Source: Acidobacteriota bacterium (lineage in GTDB: Bacteria > Acidobacteriota > Vicinamibacteria > Vicinamibacterales > CAVVIG01). Taken from it: 64,000 bases of DNA. Under the pieces are notes generated by a model. That model was not told where the DNA came from and did no database searches. It saw nothing but the letters and a program-made list of their open reading frames with translations. Both the position numbers and the translations under genes were made by a program. Shown here in pieces: positions 1-10,294 of the stretch. Each line of letters begins with the position of its first letter. Positions within the stretch are counted from its first letter, which is position 1. The stretch lies in assembly GCA_039931615.1 (NCBI GenBank), contig JBDTRR010000013.1, forward strand, positions 28,386 to 92,385. The letters run 5' to 3'.

Positions 1-1193
1 CACACCGCGACCAGCACGCCGGTCAGGATGGTCGTGACGTACGGGGTGTGGAACCGCGGATGCACCCGGGCGAAGCTCGGCGGCAGCAGGCCGTCGCGGG
101 CCATCGAGAAGAAGATTCTCGGCTGCCCGAGCTGGAACACCAGCAGGACCGCGGTGTGCGCCACCACCGACCCGAACGCGACGATGCCGACGAACAGGTT
201 GCTCCAGCGTCCGATGTTCGCATATTGCAGCGCCATCGTCAGCGGCTCGGCCTGCTCGGTCGCCAGCTTCTGCCGCAGCACGTCGTAGGGGATGATGCCG
301 GAGAACACCACCGCCACGATGATGTAGATCAGCGTGCAGATGACCAGCGATCCGATGATGCCGATCGGCAGATCGCGGCTGGGATTGCGCGTCTCCTCGG
401 CGACGGTCGACACCGCGTCGAAGCCGATATACGCGAAGAAGACGATGGCGGCGCCCGACTGGATGCCGGCCCACCCGTTGGGCGCGAACGGCGTGTAGTT
501 GGCGGCGTGGGTGTAGTTCCAGCCGACGATGACGAAGAAGCCCAGCACGACCAGCTTCAGCATCACCATCGCGGTGTTGATCGTCGCGCTCTCGCGGATG
601 CCGATCACCAGCACGATCGTGATCAGCGCGACGATGGCGAAGGCCAGGATGTTGAAGACGATCGGGACGCCGAACAGGTGCGGTGCGCTCTCGAACAGCC
701 CGGGGATCCGGGCGGCGGTGCGATAGTCGGTCGACAGCCAGTCGGGGATGACGATGCCGAACCCCGAGAGCAGCGTCTTGAAGTAGTTGCCCCAGCTGAT
801 CGCGACCGCGACGTTGCCGACGGCGTACTCGATGATCAGATCCCAGCCGATGATCCAGGCGACCAGCTCGCCGAGGGTGGCGTAGGCGTAGGTATAGGCG
901 CTGCCGGAGATCGGCACCATCGCGGCGAACTCGGCGTAGCACAGCGCGGCGAAGCCGCAGGCGACGGCGGTCAGGACGAAGGACAGGATCAGCGCCGGCC
1001 CGGCGCCCGGCCGCGTCGCGTCGCCGGCCGCGGCGGTGCCGATGGTGGCGAAGATGCCGGCGCCGACGATGGCGCCGATGCCGAGCATGACGACGTCGAA
1101 GGCGCCGAGGGAGCGGGCCAGCCGGTGCTGCGGCGCCTCGCTTTCGACGAGCAGGGCGTCGAGGCTCTTGGTGCGGAGCAGTTGTCTCAGCAT
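1..1193 (-). CDS. APC-superfamily amino acid permease (cationic amino acid transporter-like); 3' end runs off the window
   Basis: Absent from the ORF track because its stop lies off-window. The reverse complement from ATG 1191-1193 reads MLRQLLRTKSLDALLVESEAPQHRLARSLGAFDVVMLGIGAIVGAGIFATIG... The frame stays open to base 1 (...AFFAYIGFDAVSTVAEETRNPSRDLP...FFSMARDGLLPPSFARVHPRFHTPYV). It is multi-TM with APC signatures. The + ORF 48..1298 is its antisense shadow. Confidence 0.85.
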   Translation of the reverse strand, partial: MLRQLLRTKSLDALLVESEAPQHRLARSLGAFDVVMLGIGAIVGAGIFATIGTAAAGDATRPGAGPALILSFVLTAVACGFAALCYAEFAAMVPISGSAYTYAYATLGELVAWIIGWDLIIEYAVGNVAVAISWGNYFKTLLSGFGIVIPDWLSTDYRTAARIPGLFESAPHLFGVPIVFNILAFAIVALITIVLVIGIRESATINTAMVMLKLVVLGFFVIVGWNYTHAANYTPFAPNGWAGIQSGAAIVFFAYIGFDAVSTVAEETRNPSRDLPIGIIGSLVICTLIYIIVAVVFSGIIPYDVLRQKLATEQAEPLTMALQYANIGRWSNLFVGIVAFGSVVAHTAVLLVFQLGQPRIFFSMARDGLLPPSFARVHPRFHTPYVTTILTGVLVAV

Positions 1194-1333
1194 CGCGGCG
1201 GGGTCTCCACGGATCCTGCCGCAGGATTATATGCAATGGCGCTTCGGGGCCCGGGCGGGAGCAGAGTGACTTCGATCACAATGGTCCGGTGGCGATAATC
1301 GGCCGGGTCACACGTACGGGAGAAGAGAGACCG

Positions 1334-1930
1334 ATGCCAGGGCGCCGTTCGTCCGGTTTCGCCGCGAGAGGTCAGGCGCTGCTGCTGGCGTTGCTGATCG
1401 GGGCGGCGGGCCTTCACGGCGAGAGCCGTCAGATCGACACGGCGCAGTCGACGCTGACGGTGTTCGTCTATAAGTCCGGACTGTTCTCGGCGTTCGCCGA
1501 CGATCACGTCATCGACGGCCTGATTGCCGGCGGAACGATTGCCGACACGGCGCCGTTGTCGGTGGCGATCGAGGTCAGGGCAGGCGGGTTGAAGGTCCGC
1601 GATCCGAAGTTGTCGGCGAGCAGGCGCGCCGAGGTTCAGATGCGGATGCTCGGCCCCGAGGTGCTGGACACGGAGAGGTTTCCGTTGATCGCCTTCGCGT
1701 CGACAGCGGCAGCTGCCGCCGGGCCGGACCGGTGGATGGTGACCGGCGGTCTGACGATCCACGGGGTGACGCGGCAGGTGACGTTTCCGGTCAGCCGGGC
1801 GGACGGGCGCTGGCGCGGGTCGGTGGCGATCAGGCAGCGCGACTTCGGCATCATGCCGATCAGCATCGCCGGCGGCACGGTCAAGGTGAAGGACGAGATC
1901 ACGGTGAGGTTCGACGTGATCGCGCGTTAG
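1334..1930 (+). CDS. YceI-like periplasmic protein
   Basis: ORF 1289..1930. The ATG at 1334 follows GGAGAAGAG. It has a signal-like N-terminus (ALLLALLIGAAGL). The body resembles the YceI family (STLTVFVYKSGLFSAFADDHVI...GGLTIHGVTRQVTFPV). Confidence 0.7.
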   Translation: MPGRRSSGFAARGQALLLALLIGAAGLHGESRQIDTAQSTLTVFVYKSGLFSAFADDHVIDGLIAGGTIADTAPLSVAIEVRAGGLKVRDPKLSASRRAEVQMRMLGPEVLDTERFPLIAFASTAAAAAGPDRWMVTGGLTIHGVTRQVTFPVSRADGRWRGSVAIRQRDFGIMPISIAGGTVKVKDEITVRFDVIAR

Positions 1931-1945
1931 CCCCGAACCTCAAAC

Positions 1946-1990
1946 CCCCAGCCCCAGCCCCAGCCCCAGCCCCAGCCCCAGCCCCAGCCC
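1946..1990. repeat. (CCCCAG)x7 hexanucleotide microsatellite
   Basis: Seven perfect tandem CCCCAG units at 1946-1987 plus a partial unit. It lies between the yceI-like stop and the uvrA start. The opposite strand is (CTGGGG)n. Confidence 0.95.
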
Positions 1991-2123
1991 AAGACAGCCT
2001 TGAGCGCGGCTCAACCGTTCCGGCGTGAGCGTGCTACGATCATCGTTTGGGATGGGCGGGGAATTCGCGTCAGGAACCCCTGAGCGCGCGCCCTGGCCTC
2101 GAACCCGGCACCGGACGCGATTC

Positions 2124-5006
<2,883 letters not shown>

Positions 5007-5151
5007 TGACGCATAGTGGTAATATGCCCACACCTTTGGCGGTCCAGCCTGTGGCTGAAATACCACAGCGACGATCCTGCCGGGGCGGATTCATTCCAGC
5101 TGATCGTGAGTAACCGCTTGTTACGTCTGTATGTTAGGGATAGTATTCATC

Positions 5152-5176
5152 CCCGACGCTGCCGGGCATTTTTTTT
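5152..5176 (+). terminator. Weak intrinsic terminator candidate (short GC stem + T8)
   Basis: CCCGacgctgcCGGG (4-bp stem) followed by ca and TTTTTTTT at 5169-5176. I saw no other T-run this long in the window. It lies downstream of uvrA and upstream of lpxC. Confidence 0.35.
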
Positions 5177-5218
5177 GCTGAGCCTGTGACGGCTCACTCT
5201 ACTTTGCCCGTGAGGCTC

Positions 5219-6133
5219 ATGGACATCCAGCGGACACTACGGCGTCCTATCTCGTGCGTCGGAATCGGTCTTCATTCCGGCAACAAGGTGACTCTCTCGC
5301 TGAAACCGGCGGCTGCCGATTTCGGCATCAGGTTTCGCCGCACCGACATCGGCCATCTCGAGGTGCCGGCGACCGTGCACAACCTGGCCGGCATCCAGCT
5401 GGCGACCGGCCTGGCGCGCGAGGAAGTGTCGGTCGAAACGGTCGAACATCTCCTGGCGGCGCTGGTCAGCATGGGCGTCGACAACGTCATCGTCGAGCTG
5501 AGCTCGCCCGAGGTGCCGATCATGGACGGCAGCGCGGCGCCGTTCATCTATCTGATCCAGGAAGCGGGCGTGAAGCGGCTGCAGACGCCGCGCAAGTACC
5601 TGAAGATCATCCGCCCGATCTCGATTTCACGCGGCGACAAGCGCATCGCGCTCTACCCGTCGGATCACTTCAAGGTCACCTACAGCGTCAGCTACGATCA
5701 CCCGCTGCTGCGCCATCAGAGCCGGACGATCCGGATCACCGAGGACACGTTCATCGAGGACATCGCCCCGGCCCGGACCTTCACCTTCCTCAAGGACGTC
5801 GAGATGCTGCGGCAGAACGGGCTGGCGCTGGGCGGCTCGCTGGAGAATGCCATCGTGCTCGGCGAGACCGGCGTCCTGAACAACGCGCTCCGCTTCGAGG
5901 ACGAGTTCGTCCGCCACAAGATCCTCGACGCCATCGGCGACCTCGCGCTGGTCGGCCATCCGGTGATCGGCCACCTGGTCGCGCACCGGGCGGGCCATGC
6001 GCTCCATACCGAGTTCGCCGCCAAGATCCTCGACGAGACGCACGCCTGGCGGCTGGTCGAGGCGCCGATGGATCAGGCCGCGCTGCCCGCCGCCGGGACG
6101 GTCCCGCACGCGACACCGCGGCTGGCCAACTGA
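5219..6133 (+). CDS. lpxC: UDP-3-O-acyl-N-acetylglucosamine deacetylase
   Basis: ORF 5186..6133. From ATG 5219, MDIQRTLRRPISCVGIGLHSGNKVTLSLKPA aligns with the canonical LpxC N-terminus. Other matches are VEHLLAAL, PIMDGSAAPF and HKILDAIGDLAL..GH. Confidence 0.93.
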   Translation: MDIQRTLRRPISCVGIGLHSGNKVTLSLKPAAADFGIRFRRTDIGHLEVPATVHNLAGIQLATGLAREEVSVETVEHLLAALVSMGVDNVIVELSSPEVPIMDGSAAPFIYLIQEAGVKRLQTPRKYLKIIRPISISRGDKRIALYPSDHFKVTYSVSYDHPLLRHQSRTIRITEDTFIEDIAPARTFTFLKDVEMLRQNGLALGGSLENAIVLGETGVLNNALRFEDEFVRHKILDAIGDLALVGHPVIGHLVAHRAGHALHTEFAAKILDETHAWRLVEAPMDQAALPAAGTVPHATPRLAN

Positions 6134-6206
6134 TTCAATTCACAATTCACAATTCACAATTAGCAATTCACAATTTTGTGAATCGTGAATTGTCAATTGT
6201 GAATTG
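6134..6206. repeat. AT-rich heptamer-repeat hairpin (CAATTCA)n / (TGAATYG)n
   Basis: The left arm is ttcaattcacaattcacaattcacaattagcaattcacaatt. The right arm ttgtgaatcgtgaattgtcaattgtgaattg is its imperfect reverse complement. It sits between the convergent stops of lpxC (6133) and the radical-SAM gene (6213). Confidence 0.85.
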
Positions 6207-6212
6207 CCCTGT

Positions 6213-7574
6213 CTACCTGACCCAGAGTGTCTTGGTCGTCGTCTCCGAGCCGCAGTGCTCGAACCAGTCGATCCCTTCACTGACCAGATCGAACTTGAGC
6301 GCGTAGCGGCCCGGTCGATCGGGCGCCGCGATCTCGATCGGCACGTCGGCGGTGCCGCCCGGGCCGAGCGTCCGGGGCAGCCAGGCGCGGGCGAAATCGC
6401 GGTTGATGATCGCGCCGCTCGCATCGCACAACTGCGCGCCGAGCCGCACCAGCCGGCGGCCGTAGGTCGCCTGGGCGGGGAACGGACGCGTCGACAGGTT
6501 ATGGACGCGCGTGCGGACCTGCAGCCGGCGACCGGTCCGCGCCATCAGCGGGACGCCCGGCACCAGCGTCCGGACGTCGATGCGCGCCCGCGGCATGGCG
6601 CCGGGAATGGCGTTGCCGAGGTCGTTGTCGTCCCAGATTTCACGGCGGATTGCGGCCAGCTGGGGCGATCCGGGGCTGAACCGCCGCGAGTAGGCGGTCT
6701 CGGGATGATCGGTGATCTCCCAGCACAGCCGATCGACACCCATCCCGGCCGCCATCGCCCGGGCCCGATCCATCTCCTCGTCACTGTCGTTCCAGACGAA
6801 CAGGATGTAGCGCCAGTTCAGGAACGGCAGATCCCGGCCCGCCCGCTTCTTCTCGTCGGCCATCGCCTCGAGCGTCCGGATCGCGACGTCGAACCGGCCG
6901 CGCTGCCGGTAGCGGCTGTAGCTCTCGGCGGTGGCGCCGTCGATCGAGAAGGTGACCTCGTCGATGCCCGAGTGCACGAGACGCCGCGCCTGGGCCTCGG
7001 TCAGCGCCAGGCCGTTCGTGCTGGTGTAGAGGTAGATGTGCGGGAAGTGCGTCTTGATGTACTCGCACATCTCGACCGCGCGTTTGTGCAGGAACGCCTC
7101 GCCGTAATTGAAGAAATCGATCCGCACCAGCGACGGCCCCGCCTCGTCGACGACGCGGCGGAACAGGTCGAAGTCGAGCATGCCTGCCTGCCGGGTCCGG
7201 GTGATGCCGGTCTCGGGCGCGCAGCAGGCCTCGGCGCACGAGATGTTGCAGGCGGCGGTGCACTCGATGTAGAGCCGCGACGGCAGCGCGCCGGCATCGA
7301 CCGGACGCACGGCCGGCGTGTCCCCCTTCTTCAGCGGCAGCTTCAGGGCGCAATCGCCGCAGAACCTCGAGCCCCCGGCGTTCAACTCCGATCGCAGCGT
7401 GGTGATGGTCGAACCGCTCCAGACACCCGTGACGGACGACGACCGCGCGTCACCGAGCACGCGGTGGCCGTACGGGTCGGCGCAGCCGCAGACCAGCCGG
7501 CCGTCGCACAGCATGACCATCGTCGTCCACGGCCACGAGCACTGGAAACGGGTCGACAGGTAATTCAACGACAC
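6213..7574 (-). CDS. Radical SAM-like enzyme with N-terminal Cys-rich (SPASM/twitch-like) segment and C-terminal beta-rich domain
   Basis: 453-aa ORF with a GTG start. The N-terminus has CSWPWTTMVMLCDGRLVCGC...CGDC. The core has LYIECTAACNISCAEACCAP followed by FNYGEAFL, YTSTNG and TFSIDG (radical-SAM barrel-like). The last ~130 aa form a separate domain (...RYALKFDLVSEGIDWFEHCG). Confidence 0.7.
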   Translation of the reverse strand: MSLNYLSTRFQCSWPWTTMVMLCDGRLVCGCADPYGHRVLGDARSSSVTGVWSGSTITTLRSELNAGGSRFCGDCALKLPLKKGDTPAVRPVDAGALPSRLYIECTAACNISCAEACCAPETGITRTRQAGMLDFDLFRRVVDEAGPSLVRIDFFNYGEAFLHKRAVEMCEYIKTHFPHIYLYTSTNGLALTEAQARRLVHSGIDEVTFSIDGATAESYSRYRQRGRFDVAIRTLEAMADEKKRAGRDLPFLNWRYILFVWNDSDEEMDRARAMAAGMGVDRLCWEITDHPETAYSRRFSPGSPQLAAIRREIWDDNDLGNAIPGAMPRARIDVRTLVPGVPLMARTGRRLQVRTRVHNLSTRPFPAQATYGRRLVRLGAQLCDASGAIINRDFARAWLPRTLGPGGTADVPIEIAAPDRPGRYALKFDLVSEGIDWFEHCGSETTTKTLWVR

Positions 7575-7614
7575 GGGATTGACAACTGGAATCGGCGATT
7601 GATGATTGCTGAAT

Positions 7615-7670
7615 TTGTGAATCGTGACTTGTGAATCGTGACTTGTGAATCGTGACTTGTGAATCGTGAA
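7615..7670. repeat. 4 x 14-bp tandem repeat TTGTGAATCGTGAC
   Basis: The units are 7615-7628, 7629-7642, 7643-7656 and 7657-7670 (last base differs). It lies between the 88-aa ORF stop (7676) and the radical-SAM GTG start (7574). Confidence 0.95.
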
Positions 7671-7675
7671 TTCCG

Positions 7676-7942
7676 TTATCTGCCCGCCAGCTTCCGCATG
7701 TAGGCCTCGAGCTTGTCGTTCTCGTACTTCACCGTGTTGAGGAACAGGCTCTCGGCCAGATAGGCGCGGCGCTCGCCGTCGTCCATCTGATCGATCAGAT
7801 GCTGGATCTCCTTGACCAGGTCCTCGAACGAGCGCTCCAGTTCCCGTTTCGCGGTCACTTCCTGGTAGAGCGTTTCCATGACGGCCAGCAGATCGCCGTC
7901 GAGCGGAATCATGGTGCCGGTCGTGGTTTTGATGGTGCGCAT
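7676..7942 (-). CDS. Hypothetical 88-aa acidic helical protein
   Basis: The ATG at 7942 lies 5 nt after the STAS stop (TAGGGACCATG). The codon style is GC3-rich. The sequence MRTIKTTTGTMIPLDGDLLAVMETLYQEVTAKRELERSFEDLVKEIQHLIDQMDDGERRAYLAESLF... has no recognisable family. Confidence 0.55.
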   Translation of the reverse strand: MRTIKTTTGTMIPLDGDLLAVMETLYQEVTAKRELERSFEDLVKEIQHLIDQMDDGERRAYLAESLFLNTVKYENDKLEAYMRKLAGR

Positions 7943-7947
7943 GGTCC

Positions 7948-8289
7948 CTATGCCCCGAAGCTCTTGACGGCGGCCGGCTCGTCGGCGTGGATCTCGATGA
8001 AGTTCTGCGCCCCGGTCATCGTCAACATCGTTTCGACCCGCTTCTGGACGCCCGACAGCTTGAGGTGGCCACCGGCGCTGTGCACCTGCCGGTAGAGATC
8101 CATCAGGCAGCCGATGGTGGCGCTGTCGACATAGGTCACCGGCGTCAGGTCGATGAGGATGTCGCGCCGTCCGTCGGCGACCAGGACGCTCACCGCCGAC
8201 GAGAAATCGGACAGGATCGGATACATCAGGCGCGTTTCGCCGACCCGGACGATCGAGATGGGCCCAACCTGTTCGGTCTTCACATTCAT
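7948..8289 (-). CDS. STAS-domain anti-sigma-factor antagonist (SpoIIAA/RsbV-like)
   Basis: ORF 7948..8301. The ATG at 8289 follows GGAGCGAGCG. ILIDLTPVTYVDSATIGCLMDLYRQV matches the STAS DxSG-type phosphoserine region. The LKLSGVQKRVETMLTMTG tail is also typical. Confidence 0.8.
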   Translation of the reverse strand: MNVKTEQVGPISIVRVGETRLMYPILSDFSSAVSVLVADGRRDILIDLTPVTYVDSATIGCLMDLYRQVHSAGGHLKLSGVQKRVETMLTMTGAQNFIEIHADEPAAVKSFGA

Positions 8290-8305
8290 CGCTCGCTCCA
8301 ATTCC

Positions 8306-8908
8306 TCATATGCTGGCCGCGTCGGTCATCCGCTTGACGTGCCGGGCCAGCTCGGTGCGGCCCCGGTTGATGCGCGACTTGACCGTGCCTTCCGGCAGAT
8401 GCAGCCGGTCGGCAATCTCCTGGTAGGTCATCTCCTGGATGTCCCGCATCAGCACCGCCGTCTTGAGCGTGTCGGGCAGCTCGGAGAGCGCATGGCGGAG
8501 CAGCACGACGCGATCCCGCTGCTCGAGGTGGGCCATCGGGCTGATCTCGTGCGACGCCGGCGACAGCTCGTTCGGGTCGACGTCCCGATCGATCGTCTCG
8601 CGCTCCTTGCGCACGCTGCGGTAGTGGTCGATGCACAGGTTCCGGCTGACGCTGATCAGCCAGGTCTGGAAGTTGGCCCGCCGGTCGAAGGTGTTGAGCG
8701 ACTTGAAGATCTTGAGGAAGATGTCCTGCGCCAGGTCTTCCGCGGCGTCGTGCTTGCCGACGAACTTGTAGGCGATGTTGAACACCTTGCGCCAGTACTG
8801 CCGGACGATCAGCTCCCAGGCGACCTGATCGCCCTGCAGGCAGCGCTGAATCAGCGTCTCGAGGGCCTCTCCCGTGAATGGCTGCGCAGCCTGTGATTCG
8901 GACGGCAT
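8306..8908 (-). CDS. ECF (group 4) RNA polymerase sigma factor
   Basis: ORF 8306..8917 (TTG), with an ATG at 8908. Region 2 reads AEDLAQDIFLKIFKSLNTFDRRANFQTWLISVSRNLCIDHYR. Region 4 reads MTYQEIADRLHLPEGTVKSRINRGRTEL. Confidence 0.85.
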   Translation of the reverse strand: MPSESQAAQPFTGEALETLIQRCLQGDQVAWELIVRQYWRKVFNIAYKFVGKHDAAEDLAQDIFLKIFKSLNTFDRRANFQTWLISVSRNLCIDHYRSVRKERETIDRDVDPNELSPASHEISPMAHLEQRDRVVLLRHALSELPDTLKTAVLMRDIQEMTYQEIADRLHLPEGTVKSRINRGRTELARHVKRMTDAASI

Positions 8909-9016
8909 TTTTATCAAGGGCTCTCACCGGTCGGCCCGCAGCGGCCGGCGCTCGATGGCGCGCCGGGGGCCGATCACTGGGAGCTGGCGGCTGAAAGGGT
9001 AAAATAGCCTATCACG

Positions 9017-10273
9017 TTGACTGAACACACCGGCTTCTATCGTGCGGACGAGGCACTCGTCTGCGACGGCGTGCGGCTGGCCGACGTCGCCGCCGCCGAG
9101 GGCACGCCGCTCTACGTCTACAGCGCCGCGGCGCTGCGCGGCCGCTACCAGGCGATCGATGCGGCATTCGGCGCCTACCCCCACGCCCTGCACTACGCCC
9201 TGAAGGCGAACTCGACGTTCGCCATCGCCCGTCTCGTGCGGGAGCTGGGCGGAGCGGCGGATGCCAACTCGATCTGGGAGATCGAGCTGGCGCGCAAGGC
9301 AGGGTTCCCACCCGATGCCATCGTCTTCACCGGCGTCGGCAAGTCGGCCGCCGAGCTGGAGTGCGCCGTCTCGCTCGGTCTGAAGGCGATCAACGTCGAG
9401 TCGGCCGGCGAGCTGGCGCGGGTCGAGGCGATCGCCGATCGAACCGGGGTGGTCGCCCGCGTCGCGGTGCGGATCAATCCCGACATCGACTCGGGCAGCC
9501 ATCCCCACATTTCCACCGGCCTCAAGATCAACAAGTTCGGCGTGCCGCTCGACGATGCCCGGGACCTGCTGGCGACGATCGGCCGGCGCCGCGCGCTCAA
9601 GCTGGTGGCGGTGCACGTCCACGTCGGTTCGCAGATTTCGACGCTCGAGCCGCTGCGCCGCGCGGCCGCGATCGTGGCCCGCGTCTCGGCCGAACTCGGC
9701 GCCTCCGGCGCCGCGCTCGAGTACGCGGATCTGGGCGGCGGGCTCGGCATTTCCTATGACGGCCGCCCGGTGCCCTCGCCGGCGGAGTACGTCGGCGCCC
9801 TGGTCGACGAGATGCGGCCGACCGGCCTGCCGATCGTCATCGAGCCGGGCCGCGCGATTGCCGGTCCGGCGGCGGTGATTGTCGCCCGCGTCATCGACAT
9901 CAAGCCGCGCGACGCGTCGAGCGACTTCGTCGTCATCGATGCCGGCATGACCGAGCTGATGCGGCCGGCGCTGTACGGCGCCTTCCACCGCATCGAGGCG
10001 CTGTCGCCGCGCGCCGCACCGCCGCGCGACTACGAGATCGTCGGCCCGGTCTGTGAGAGCAGCGACGTGGTCGGCCGCGACCGCCGGCTGCCCCCGCTCG
10101 AGGTCGGCGACCTCGTCGCCATCGGCGACGCCGGCGCCTACGGATCGGCGATGGCCTCGAACTACAATCGGCGCCCGCTGCCGGCGGAAGTCCTGGTCGA
10201 CGACGGGACATGGCGGGTGATTCGACGCCGTCAGACACTCGAGGATATGCTGTCGCTCGAGAGCGGCAGCTGA
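9017..10273 (+). CDS. lysA: Diaminopimelate decarboxylase
   Basis: 418 aa with a TTG start. Matching segments are TPLYVYSAAALRGRY, YALKANS (PLP lysine), HVHVGSQI, DLGGGLGI, EPGRAI and CESSD. Confidence 0.93.
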   Translation: MTEHTGFYRADEALVCDGVRLADVAAAEGTPLYVYSAAALRGRYQAIDAAFGAYPHALHYALKANSTFAIARLVRELGGAADANSIWEIELARKAGFPPDAIVFTGVGKSAAELECAVSLGLKAINVESAGELARVEAIADRTGVVARVAVRINPDIDSGSHPHISTGLKINKFGVPLDDARDLLATIGRRRALKLVAVHVHVGSQISTLEPLRRAAAIVARVSAELGASGAALEYADLGGGLGISYDGRPVPSPAEYVGALVDEMRPTGLPIVIEPGRAIAGPAAVIVARVIDIKPRDASSDFVVIDAGMTELMRPALYGAFHRIEALSPRAAPPRDYEIVGPVCESSDVVGRDRRLPPLEVGDLVAIGDAGAYGSAMASNYNRRPLPAEVLVDDGTWRVIRRRQTLEDMLSLESGS

Positions 10274-10294
10274 CGCGGACAGTTTCCAACCCCT

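Noticed and set aside
5007-5218. tRNA, tmRNA or other classical RNA gene in the uvrA-lpxC spacer.
   Set aside because: No GTTCGAATC-type T-loop is present and no 7-bp acceptor pairing. The best anticodon-like hairpin has an 8-nt loop. The region is kept only as a low-confidence sRNA/terminator candidate.
7615-7670. Tandem repeats considered as CRISPR arrays, here and at 23104-23145 and 61922-61985.
   Set aside because: The repeat units are directly contiguous with no unique spacers. The units are only 7-17 bp long. No cas genes are in the window.
7676-7942. The 88-aa ORF as a RiPP precursor for the downstream radical-SAM enzyme.
   Set aside because: It has no Cys, no Gly-Gly or leader/core-like organisation, and it looks like a folded helical protein. 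The idea cannot be excluded, but the sequence does not support it.
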